Positions 56,240-64,000 of a stretch of DNA of 64,000 nt are shown here, piece by piece. Positions within the stretch are counted from its first letter, which is position 1. The number at the start of each line of letters is the position of its first letter. Location: assembly GCA_963665125.2 (NCBI GenBank), contig CAXXUK010000001.1, positions 1,600,001 to 1,664,000 on the forward strand, in the 5' to 3' direction. Made by a program: the position numbers and the translations under genes. This DNA comes from an uncultured Desulfarculus sp. (GTDB lineage: Bacteria > Desulfobacterota > Desulfarculia > Desulfarculales > Desulfarculaceae). The notes under the pieces are model-generated. The model searched no databases. It had not been told where the DNA came from and was given only the letters and a program-made list of their open reading frames with translations.

Positions 56240-57592
56240 TCAACTCAGCCATTCCAGCCAACTTATTTCAATTTCCGCGGCGGACGGAGGATCGCCCCCG
56301 GCCGCTTGTCTTAGCATATCACGCACCGCGCCCCAGCCGTTTTTTTCCACTATATATTGCGCCACGCTGAAAGCCTGGGCATAGGCAAGGTCCACAAGCG
56401 CCCGGTCCTCCAACATGGACCAATCGGAAGCCAGCACCTCCAGGGGCAACAGGGCACCGGCGGCCAGGGCGTTTTGCAGGGCCCGGACATCGGCCGGCCG
56501 CAGGTTCTGGGTGATGTATTGGGCCAGGCCCTCATCCAACCAGCGGGGGCATTTGCCGCCCGAAAGCCTGTCCACGGCCAGGTGCACGTATTCATGGGCC
56601 AGGGCCACGGGCAGAAACACCGGGTCACTGTTTTCAAAGGCCTCAGCCCGCAACAGAATTTCACCATTGTACAGGGCCGCCGCGCCTTGCGGACCTGGCC
56701 ACTGCTCGGAAGCCAGGCTTACCGCAACGTCCGTGGGCTTGTAATCCAAAAAGCCTTCCACCGTCTCGGCCGCTCTGACCAGCATGGCGTGGGCCCGCAA
56801 CACCAAATCACCCTGACCGGGCGCGAGAAACGATATATTGAACGGCCCCGCCTGGAGCTTGGCGGGCTCATCGTTCACCTGCGGGGTGTCGTTCCCGCCG
56901 CCGTCCATTATCCGGCTGATCTTGCCGAACACGTCTAGCTTAGTGTCCAGGCGGCGCAGGGCCTTGGCCGACTCGACCCGGTCCATTCCCGCCGCGGCCG
57001 CTCCGTCCCAGGCCCGGCGGGCCTGATCCAGGCTGCCCAAAGCCTCCAGGGCCATGGCCTCCAGGGCAACCGAGCGGGGATCGCCGGGATTCAGGGCCAT
57101 TGCCCGGCGGGCGGCATCCAATGCCGTTGACGCATCTCCGGCATCAAGAGCGGCCTGGGCATGGGCCCGTTGGGACGCCGCCAGCTTGGGCGCCGCCACG
57201 GCCCAATCACGGCAGATGGGCGGCATTTCACCAGTCCGGCCCGCCGCGCGCATCGCGCCCAACATGTGCAGCATCTCGTCCACGGGCGCATCGGCGGAGT
57301 CCACAATGCTGACACTCAACCGCCAACCGGCCAGGCCGATCTCCCGGCCCAACTCGATATCCGCTGCCCGCACCTTTTCACCGCCGATTATCACGCCGCT
57401 CAAAGAGCCCATGTCGTTGACGAGGACCCTGCCGCCTTTTATATCCAGGCGGGCGTGCACGGCGCTGACGGCCCGGTCGGCGATCCGCACCCAGCAGGCG
57501 GGAGAGCGTCCCACGGAAAAGGTCATTTCCGGACACAGCCGCCATCGGGATTGGCCCAGGGCCGGTGTTATGCAAACGCGTGGAAATTTCAT
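56240..57592 (-). CDS. FHA-TPR-zinc metallopeptidase (MA-like)
   Basis: VGR...VSAVHA (FHA); TPR helices; AHEYVH...PRWLDEGLAQY, LAYAQA. Confidence 0.85.
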   Translation of the reverse strand: MKFPRVCITPALGQSRWRLCPEMTFSVGRSPACWVRIADRAVSAVHARLDIKGGRVLVNDMGSLSGVIIGGEKVRAADIELGREIGLAGWRLSVSIVDSADAPVDEMLHMLGAMRAAGRTGEMPPICRDWAVAAPKLAASQRAHAQAALDAGDASTALDAARRAMALNPGDPRSVALEAMALEALGSLDQARRAWDGAAAAGMDRVESAKALRRLDTKLDVFGKISRIMDGGGNDTPQVNDEPAKLQAGPFNISFLAPGQGDLVLRAHAMLVRAAETVEGFLDYKPTDVAVSLASEQWPGPQGAAALYNGEILLRAEAFENSDPVFLPVALAHEYVHLAVDRLSGGKCPRWLDEGLAQYITQNLRPADVRALQNALAAGALLPLEVLASDWSMLEDRALVDLAYAQAFSVAQYIVEKNGWGAVRDMLRQAAGGDPPSAAEIEISWLEWLS

Positions 57593-57717
57593 AGCTTTAC
57601 AACCTGTTGAAAACTTATAGCATCGGCTCGAACCACCAGGCAAGAAACTTGGCTCCCGGAAAGAAAAACCAAGCTGCATACGTCTTCATTCAACAAGCGG
57701 GAAAAGGGAGGTCAACC

Positions 57718-58356
57718 GTGGAATTGCGTCCCAAGGAAATCGCCAAGCTTCTGCAAAAGGCCTTGCGCCGGGATTGCCTGCGCCTGATCTATAAGGTATT
57801 GGCTCCCCAGCTCTTTCTGGTGCACCTGCCCGAGGGGATTACCAGCCAGTGGCGGCCATTCATCCCCTTGTTGGAGCGTGAGCTGGCCGACCATCTGGAC
57901 CTGGCCGCCCACAAGCTGGGCGTGGAGACGCCGCCCGGCGGGTTTATCGTGCGCATCACGGGCACGGGCTCCACCGGAAAACGGCCGCTGGTCACCAGTT
58001 CATTTATTCCGCTAAGCGTCAAAGAACCCCAGTTGGTGTCCGTGGCGGGCCTTACGCCCGGCATCGGCTTTTCCCTGCGCCTGCCCGAATCGATCATCGG
58101 CCGGGGAGAGGTGGATGTGGCCCTGCCCGACGACTACACGTTTGTCTCCCGCCGCCATGCCCGGCTCAGCCTGTCCCATGACGGTTGGAGCATCGAAGAC
58201 CTGGGCAGCCGCACCGGCGTGTTCGTCAACCAGCGGCCCATGGGCATTTGCGGCCTCAAGGGCGGAGACGTCATCGGACTTGGGAACGTATCGCTTCGCC
58301 TGTGCCTGCCGGCGGGCAAGCATCCGGAGGAGGATCATGAACCAGGCGCTGCCTAG
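57718..58356 (+). CDS. FhaA-like protein (DUF3662-like N domain plus FHA)
   Basis: LRPKEIAK...APQLFLVHL; IIGR...VSRRHARL...EDLGS; GGAGG RBS before GTG. Confidence 0.82.
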   Translation: MELRPKEIAKLLQKALRRDCLRLIYKVLAPQLFLVHLPEGITSQWRPFIPLLERELADHLDLAAHKLGVETPPGGFIVRITGTGSTGKRPLVTSSFIPLSVKEPQLVSVAGLTPGIGFSLRLPESIIGRGEVDVALPDDYTFVSRRHARLSLSHDGWSIEDLGSRTGVFVNQRPMGICGLKGGDVIGLGNVSLRLCLPAGKHPEEDHEPGAA

Positions 58357-59845
58357 ACAGCAATCCATGTTGTGGTCCGCCCCGGCCTACATGGCCGGGA
58401 TCATGAGCGCCGCCGGCACGGCCGGTTTCGTAGTCTGTGCGGTGCGCATGGCCAACGGGCTTTGGGCCTATTCGGACATGCGCCAGGCCTTTGCCCTGCT
58501 GTTGTGGTCGGCCGTGCTGGCCCTGGCCGCCGGCGGCCTGCGGCGAAAGGGACCTCCCGCCTGGCTGTGGACAGCGGGCCTGGCTGCGGTTTGCGGGGCC
58601 TGTCTAGCAGCTTATTCCGGCCTGTGCATTCGCCAGATATTGGAGGCCTCTTGGCAGGGCCTTTTGCAGTGGGCCACGCCGGTGCTGTTGGCCATGGGTT
58701 CGGTGGCCGGAGCCCTTTTGGTCCTACGGGCCGCCGGGGTGCGCAGCGACTCTATTTTGGCCGGCTGCCTGATGCTGCTCAGCGGCCTGAGCGTGGTGCT
58801 GCTTGGCCGCATCGGGGCCGAAATCACCGCCGCCGGACGCCAGGATGTCCTGGCCACCTTGGCCCTGCGCCAGGCGGGCTGGATCGCCGCCGGATCGGTG
58901 GCCATGATGGCCACGGCCCTGTGGACCACGCCCCGCCGCCAAGTTCGAATCGCCCGGCGCAAACTGCTTTTGCCAATCGCCGCGGCCCTGCTGTTGGCCG
59001 CCACCTGGCTCTTCGGCCCGATGATCAACGGCCGCCGTCTGTGGCTGGTCATGGGCGGGCTTAGCATCCAGACCGTGGAGGTGGTCAAGGCCATGATGGT
59101 GCTGTTCGCCGCCGGATACTTTGCCGTGGAACTGCCCCAACTCAGCGGCGGGCCGGGTTCGAAGTTCGTGAGCACCAGCCGCTCGGCCGGGCCCATGCTG
59201 CTGATGATGGCCCTGCCCCTTGCCGCCCTGGTGGTCATGCGCGACTTCGGCCCCACCCTGCTGCTGCTGGGTTTCATGATCGGCATCTACTTTCTGGCCA
59301 CGGGCCAGATCAGGCTGCCCTTCGCCTCGGTGGCCGCGGCGGCCTCCCTGGGTTGGCTGGGCCTGGTCATGGGCTGGCCGCCGGTGTTGGAAGCCAGGGT
59401 CCGGGCCCTGTTGGAACCATTCAGCGCCTGTGAACAGCTCAGCCGGGGAATCTGGTCCATCGCCGCTGGCGGACTTTGGGGCTCGGGCCTGGGCATGGGG
59501 CGGCCCCAGACAGTGCCCCTGGCCTATTCCGACTTTGTCTTCGCCGCCTGGTGCGAGGAGACCGGGCTGGTGGGCGGCCTGGCCTTGTTGGCCGTGTTCG
59601 CCCTGCTCTGCGGCCGCCTGCTGGTGTCCGGATCAAGACTCAGGCCCCTTGCCAGGCTGACCGTGGCGGGCATCGGCCTTTTGCTGGCCCTCCAGGCCGT
59701 ACTGGTCATGGGCGGCGTCAGCGGCCTGATCCCCCTGGCCGGTCTGACTCTGCCGTTCGTGTCCTACGGCGGCAGTTCCATGGTCGTCAACATGGCCTTG
59801 ATTGGCCTGGTGCTGCGGATGTTGAGCGATGCAAGGCGGGATTAA
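58337..59845 (+). CDS. SEDS-family (FtsW/RodA/SpoVE) peptidoglycan polymerase
   Basis: NGRRLW, IQTVEVVK, RDFG, SDFVFAA..EETG, GLTLPFVSYGGSS. Confidence 0.93.
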   Translation: MNQALPRQQSMLWSAPAYMAGIMSAAGTAGFVVCAVRMANGLWAYSDMRQAFALLLWSAVLALAAGGLRRKGPPAWLWTAGLAAVCGACLAAYSGLCIRQILEASWQGLLQWATPVLLAMGSVAGALLVLRAAGVRSDSILAGCLMLLSGLSVVLLGRIGAEITAAGRQDVLATLALRQAGWIAAGSVAMMATALWTTPRRQVRIARRKLLLPIAAALLLAATWLFGPMINGRRLWLVMGGLSIQTVEVVKAMMVLFAAGYFAVELPQLSGGPGSKFVSTSRSAGPMLLMMALPLAALVVMRDFGPTLLLLGFMIGIYFLATGQIRLPFASVAAAASLGWLGLVMGWPPVLEARVRALLEPFSACEQLSRGIWSIAAGGLWGSGLGMGRPQTVPLAYSDFVFAAWCEETGLVGGLALLAVFALLCGRLLVSGSRLRPLARLTVAGIGLLLALQAVLVMGGVSGLIPLAGLTLPFVSYGGSSMVVNMALIGLVLRMLSDARRD

Positions 59846-61610
59846 TACGAGATTCATAGTCGCCGCCCTGCTGGTGGCGGTGAGCCTGGCCCTGGTTGGC
59901 GGGCGCATCTATTGGTTGCAGGTCGTGGACCGGGCCCAGGTTCTGGAACAGGGCTACGTCGACCAAAGCGAACTCGGGCGGATGAATATTCTGCTGGCCG
60001 CCGGCGTGTTCAGCCGCGGCCCCCAGGGCGAGGTGATCGTGAACAAACCCGCCCTGGCCAAGGCCGAACCGAACCAGGCCCTGCGGGCGCGATACGAAAG
60101 CCTCGCCGCGGCGGCTTATCTGCGGCCCGGCCAAAAGGAATTCGACCCGCGCCTGCTGCGCATCCTGCCACCCCAACGCCGTCTGGCCAAACCGATGATC
60201 CTGCGGGGCACCATCATGGACGCCGCAGGCAAGGCCCTGGCCTACAGCACGGCGGGCCGGGGCGGGGCCCAATCCCGCAGCTATGTCTTGGGCGCGGTCG
60301 GCATGTCGGCCCTTGGCTTTTACAATCCGGTGCATGGTTCAGGCGGCCTGGAACAGGAGTTGGAGCCCATACTCTCGGCCGCCAATCCGGCCGTGCCCGA
60401 TCTGGCCCTCAGCGGCCCGCCCTTCCGTTACAAGCTGGGTTGCAACGTGCGCCTTACCATAGACTCCCGCCTGCAAACCCTGGCCCACGAGCTGTTGGAA
60501 AGCCGCAGCGGAGCGGCGGTGCTGTTGGACATCAAGACCGGTGCAGTGGTCGCCGCCGCCGGATTTCCGGCCCTGGACCCGAATACCGAAGATTCGGAGA
60601 TATGGCGTCAGGCCCGCAGCCGGGACAAGGGCAGCCTTCTGTTGTCGCCGGCCTGGCAAAAGCGCTACCCGCCTGGCTCATGCTTCAAGCTGGTGCTGGC
60701 CGCCGCCTGGCTGGAGGCCAACCCCGGCAAACAGCCGCCGGTGATAGTGTGCCACGGCTATGACCCGGTGCTGCGCATTCACGACCTGCGGGCCCACGGC
60801 CGCACCGGCTTGGCCAACGCCATAACCCATTCCTGCAATGTCTACTTTGCCCGGCTGGGCCGGGATCTGGGGCCCAAAGTTAGAGAGATGGCCCAGCTCT
60901 TCGGCTTCAACCAGCAGACGGACCTGCTGCCGCGCATGCGCGACATAACCCTGGCCGCCGCCCCCAGCCTGGCCTATGCCTGGTTGAGCGAGCCCGGGGC
61001 CAAGGGTGGCGGCCTGCGCCTGTTCAATACATTCAAGCGGGATAAGAAGGTTGCCGCCCAATGCGCCATCGGCCAGAACCTGGTCTCGGCCACCTGCCTG
61101 CAAATGGCCATGGTGGCCCAAAGCATCGCCAACAAGGGTCTGTTGATGCCGCCGCACCTGGTGGCCGCCTTCCAGGACCCGGCCGACGGGGCCTGGCGGG
61201 AGCTTGCCCCGCCATCGGGCCGCAGGGTCACTGGCGCCGCAACGGCCAACGCGCTTTCAAAAATGATGAACTCCGTGCTTACCAACGGCACGGGCCGCCG
61301 CTCCAACCGGATGCTGGCCAAGGAGAACCGGGGCCAGGTGGCCGGGAAAACCGGCACCTCGGAAACCGGCGTCAAGGGGGAGCAGCCGCATTCCTGGTTT
61401 GTCGGTTTCGCCCCGGCGGATGAGCCTCGCTACGCCGTTGCCGTGGTAATCGAAAACGGCGGCCACGGCAGCCATGCGGCCGCTCCGGCGGCGGTGAGGC
61501 TGTTGGCAGGGGCCCTGGGCTGGCAGATACCCCAAGACAAAACAGAAAAATCGGAGAAGAAGGATGCCTCGTCTGACCCTGATGGACATGGCCATAGGCC
61601 AGGGGCTTGA
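59829..61610 (+). CDS. Class B penicillin-binding protein (PbpA-like)
   Basis: N-terminal TM segment, RGTIMD, LTID, PGSCFK (SxxK), SCN, GKTGT, HSWFVGFAP. Confidence 0.93.
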   Translation: MQGGINTRFIVAALLVAVSLALVGGRIYWLQVVDRAQVLEQGYVDQSELGRMNILLAAGVFSRGPQGEVIVNKPALAKAEPNQALRARYESLAAAAYLRPGQKEFDPRLLRILPPQRRLAKPMILRGTIMDAAGKALAYSTAGRGGAQSRSYVLGAVGMSALGFYNPVHGSGGLEQELEPILSAANPAVPDLALSGPPFRYKLGCNVRLTIDSRLQTLAHELLESRSGAAVLLDIKTGAVVAAAGFPALDPNTEDSEIWRQARSRDKGSLLLSPAWQKRYPPGSCFKLVLAAAWLEANPGKQPPVIVCHGYDPVLRIHDLRAHGRTGLANAITHSCNVYFARLGRDLGPKVREMAQLFGFNQQTDLLPRMRDITLAAAPSLAYAWLSEPGAKGGGLRLFNTFKRDKKVAAQCAIGQNLVSATCLQMAMVAQSIANKGLLMPPHLVAAFQDPADGAWRELAPPSGRRVTGAATANALSKMMNSVLTNGTGRRSNRMLAKENRGQVAGKTGTSETGVKGEQPHSWFVGFAPADEPRYAVAVVIENGGHGSHAAAPAAVRLLAGALGWQIPQDKTEKSEKKDASSDPDGHGHRPGA

Positions 61611-61959
61611 CCGCCTGTTCCGCAACAATTTGCAGCCGGTCGACCTGGCCAAGGCGGTGCAGCGGGCCGTGTTGAAAAACGAACGCCGCACCCTGAGCCG
61701 AGCATACGGGCCCAATCTGTTCAAGGTCAAACTGCCCCAGGCTGATTATCAGCGCCTGGAGCCGGTGTTGCCGGAGATAGAACGAGACATCCTGGCCTGG
61801 CTCACGCAGTTCATGGAAGGACAAGGCCTGGAGCCCTTCGGCGTGCTGGGTCTTGCCTTCAGTCCCGGAAGTGATCTGCGAAGCCCCAAGGTGGAAGCAT
61901 CCTTTCACGGAGAAGAGTTGTGCCTGCGCGAATCGGAAAATACACGGGTCTCGAACTGA
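61564..61959 (+). CDS. Stand-alone DUF3662 (FhaA N-terminal-like) protein
   Basis: LQPVDLAKAV...GPNLFKVKL..ADYQRL; overlaps both neighbours. Confidence 0.75.
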   Translation: MPRLTLMDMAIGQGLDRLFRNNLQPVDLAKAVQRAVLKNERRTLSRAYGPNLFKVKLPQADYQRLEPVLPEIERDILAWLTQFMEGQGLEPFGVLGLAFSPGSDLRSPKVEASFHGEELCLRESENTRVSN

Positions 61960-63593
61960 TCGGCCAAGGCGCCACGGCATCGGTGTACCTGGCCCAGCAT
62001 CCGGACCTGCGCCAGCCAAGGGCCATCAAGGTCTTTGAAACCGGCCGCACCGTCGACAGCAAGGGGCTGTTGCCCGAGGCAGTGCATCAGGCCGGCCTGA
62101 GCCACCGGCGCATTTTGCAGGTCTATGACCAGGAAATCGACCCCCAGACCGGCAAGCTCTTTCTGGTCATGGAATACGCCCCCGGCGGCAGCCTGCGGGC
62201 TCTGCTGGACAAGGAGGGCCCCCTGGAGCCTGCCCAGGCCTTGGAGTTGGCGGCCCAGGTGGCCGATGGACTGGCAGAGGCCCACGAAGCAGGCATCAGC
62301 CACCTGGATATCAAGCCCGAGAATATCCTGCTGCGCGTTCCCGGTGACGCGGTGATCAGCGATTTCGGCCTGGCCGTAGCCCTGGAATCCTGTCCGGAAG
62401 GACATCCTGGCGGTACGCCCAACTACATGCCCCCGGAGCAGATCCAGGGTTCATATGGTCTTTCCTGCGATGTCTGGGCCCTGGGGGCCATGCTTTATGA
62501 AATGCTCACCGGGCGGCTGTGTTTTGAGGGCGAGGACCGCGACACCATCGTCCAGGCCGTGCTCAGCGGTCCCGGCGACATCGCGGCCAGGATGCGCCAC
62601 TGCGGTCTGACCACAACCTCCGGCGTCAGCAATCTGCTACACCGCATGCTGGAGATGGACCCGGCCCGGCGTATTGACGCGGACCAGGCCCGCCGCGAAC
62701 TGGAGGTTCTGAACCGGCAATCCGGCGGCCAAGATGAAGAAGGCGGCAAAAAAGTCAGCCAGGGGCTGCCCACAGAGGCGCCACAATGGCGGTGTAAAAA
62801 ATGCGGGGGCGACGCACCCTGGGGCATGGATATTTGCATGGAGTGCGCCCGTGAGGAAATGCCCCGGATAACCTTGAACGAAAAAACCGCCAAGCCACGG
62901 CAAAACCGCAAAGTCTTGGCCATGGCCGCCTGCGCCATACTCGTTTTGATCGGCACCATGGCCGCCGGGGCCTATATCTGGCAAGAGCAGCCCCCAAAGC
63001 CCGGCTCCATAGCCCTGGTGGAACAAGCGCCGACACCCGCGGCGACCCAAACCACGGCGGCCCAGCAGGTTGCCGCCCCGGAGACGCCGCAATCGGCACC
63101 CGTCGCCGCCTCGGACACGCCGCAGGTCCCCTCAACGGCGGTGCATAAGGAAATGGCCACTGCGCGGCCGCCTTTGCCAAGGCCGACACGCGTTGCAAAG
63201 CCCATCACTCCTCCCCGGGTAAAGGCTCTGGCCGTTCCGAAAAGGACCGCAATCGCCGCCCCGGCCAGGGCGGTCATTGAACCCAGGACGGCCAAATCCG
63301 CGCCCATTGCCAAGGCTGAACCGGCCAGTGCCGTGGCGCCGGGCAACAATGCCATTTTCAAGGCCATGTCCGGCCAGGGCGGCCGGGCCGAGGGCGTGCT
63401 CCGCGAAAAACTGCGGGCCCAGCCCGGCCACACCGGCTCGTCGCGCAACCTGGCGCTGTTGCTGGTGGAGCAAAAACGCTATAAGGAGGCCCTGGGCATT
63501 TTGAGCAAACTGGTACGCAAGCACCCCGGCGACGCGGAGGCGGCCCAGGCCATGGAGATTACCAGGCGGCTGCTGGCCTCCGGAAGGCCATAA
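61920..63593 (+). CDS. Membrane Ser/Thr kinase with zinc ribbon, Pro/Ala linker and C-terminal TPR
   Basis: GQGATA, AIK, HLDIKPEN, DFG, GTPNYMPPE; CKKC...CMEC; TM segment; NLALLL...HPGD. Confidence 0.92.
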   Translation: MPARIGKYTGLELIGQGATASVYLAQHPDLRQPRAIKVFETGRTVDSKGLLPEAVHQAGLSHRRILQVYDQEIDPQTGKLFLVMEYAPGGSLRALLDKEGPLEPAQALELAAQVADGLAEAHEAGISHLDIKPENILLRVPGDAVISDFGLAVALESCPEGHPGGTPNYMPPEQIQGSYGLSCDVWALGAMLYEMLTGRLCFEGEDRDTIVQAVLSGPGDIAARMRHCGLTTTSGVSNLLHRMLEMDPARRIDADQARRELEVLNRQSGGQDEEGGKKVSQGLPTEAPQWRCKKCGGDAPWGMDICMECAREEMPRITLNEKTAKPRQNRKVLAMAACAILVLIGTMAAGAYIWQEQPPKPGSIALVEQAPTPAATQTTAAQQVAAPETPQSAPVAASDTPQVPSTAVHKEMATARPPLPRPTRVAKPITPPRVKALAVPKRTAIAAPARAVIEPRTAKSAPIAKAEPASAVAPGNNAIFKAMSGQGGRAEGVLREKLRAQPGHTGSSRNLALLLVEQKRYKEALGILSKLVRKHPGDAEAAQAMEITRRLLASGRP

Positions 63594-63690
63594 TTGGCAT
63601 GAGTTTTTGCCGTGAATCTGGCAATATGAGTTATCCGCATTCCGGAAGAATCGGACGTTGGCATTGTTTCCGCCATCGCATAGTGGTGAT

Positions 63691-64000
63691 ATGAAGGCTG
63701 TATCAAAAATAACCTGTCTGCTGCTCCTGGGGTTGCTCACGACCGTGGCCGCTTGCGCCACCTATGACCAAGGGCCCTGGGGCACGAGATACGACCCGGT
63801 GCCCTTTAATTATGGCAAGGCTCCACAGCCCAGCATTTCCCTGGGCCAGGTGACCAACCATATCGGCTACGGCGACCCCAGGCAGGTGCGCTTCAACGTG
63901 TGGTTGAAACGTCCGGTCAGCCAACAGGTACGATTGGCGGTAAACGACGTGCTGATGCACTCGGGCTTCAACCTCAACGGCGGACCGGTGCGCCTGGATG
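63691..64000 (+). CDS. Lipoprotein, truncated by the window end
   Basis: MKAVSKITCLLLLGLLTTVAAC lipobox; frame open to the end of the window. Confidence 0.65.
   Translation, partial: MKAVSKITCLLLLGLLTTVAACATYDQGPWGTRYDPVPFNYGKAPQPSISLGQVTNHIGYGDPRQVRFNVWLKRPVSQQVRLAVNDVLMHSGFNLNGGPVRLD

Noticed and set aside
57658..57684. ECF-type promoter GGAAAG-N17-CGTC upstream of the fhaA-like gene
   Set aside because: Single short match with no second copy found; insufficient to call.

Overview
GC-rich bacterial chromosomal window; the host looks like an anaerobic deltaproteobacterium, which is inferred from gene content only. Bases 1 to about 32,940 are most of an HK97-like siphovirus prophage. It has an early/regulatory region, a recombination-replication module (AAA_24 ATPase, DUF669, SF2 helicase, Cas4-like nuclease, Prim-Pol primase followed by an iteron origin), HNH-terminase, portal-ClpP-capsid, tail, lysis genes, higBA and low-GC morons. 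It ends at a duplicated 3' half of tRNA-Val(CAC); the integrase and repressor must lie upstream of the window. Bases 33.3-49.2 kb are host metabolic and signalling genes (cstA, methyltransferase, ferredoxin, CoA-transferase, ADP-forming acyl-CoA ligase, glpK, sensors). Bases 49.2-63.6 kb are a divergent Ser/Thr-kinase envelope locus: an actinobacterial-style fhaA-rodA-pbpA-DUF3662-pkn operon back to back with an FHA-TPR-metallopeptidase / ECF sigma / anti-sigma / kinase-PQQ / exported-protein operon. The best leads are (1) a complete type II pseudoknotted hammerhead ribozyme in the phage early operon; (2) two NrdR-box-like palindromes with identical promoter geometry, each downstream of a small NrdR/Ogr-like zinc-ribbon gene, suggesting a two-step late-gene relay; (3) the kinase-SEDS-PBP-ECF locus; (4) an orphan higA nested inside a doubly coupled antisense ORF; and (5) a stand-alone paralog of the primase C-terminal winged helix. 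All family calls come from motif recognition by eye, not database searches.
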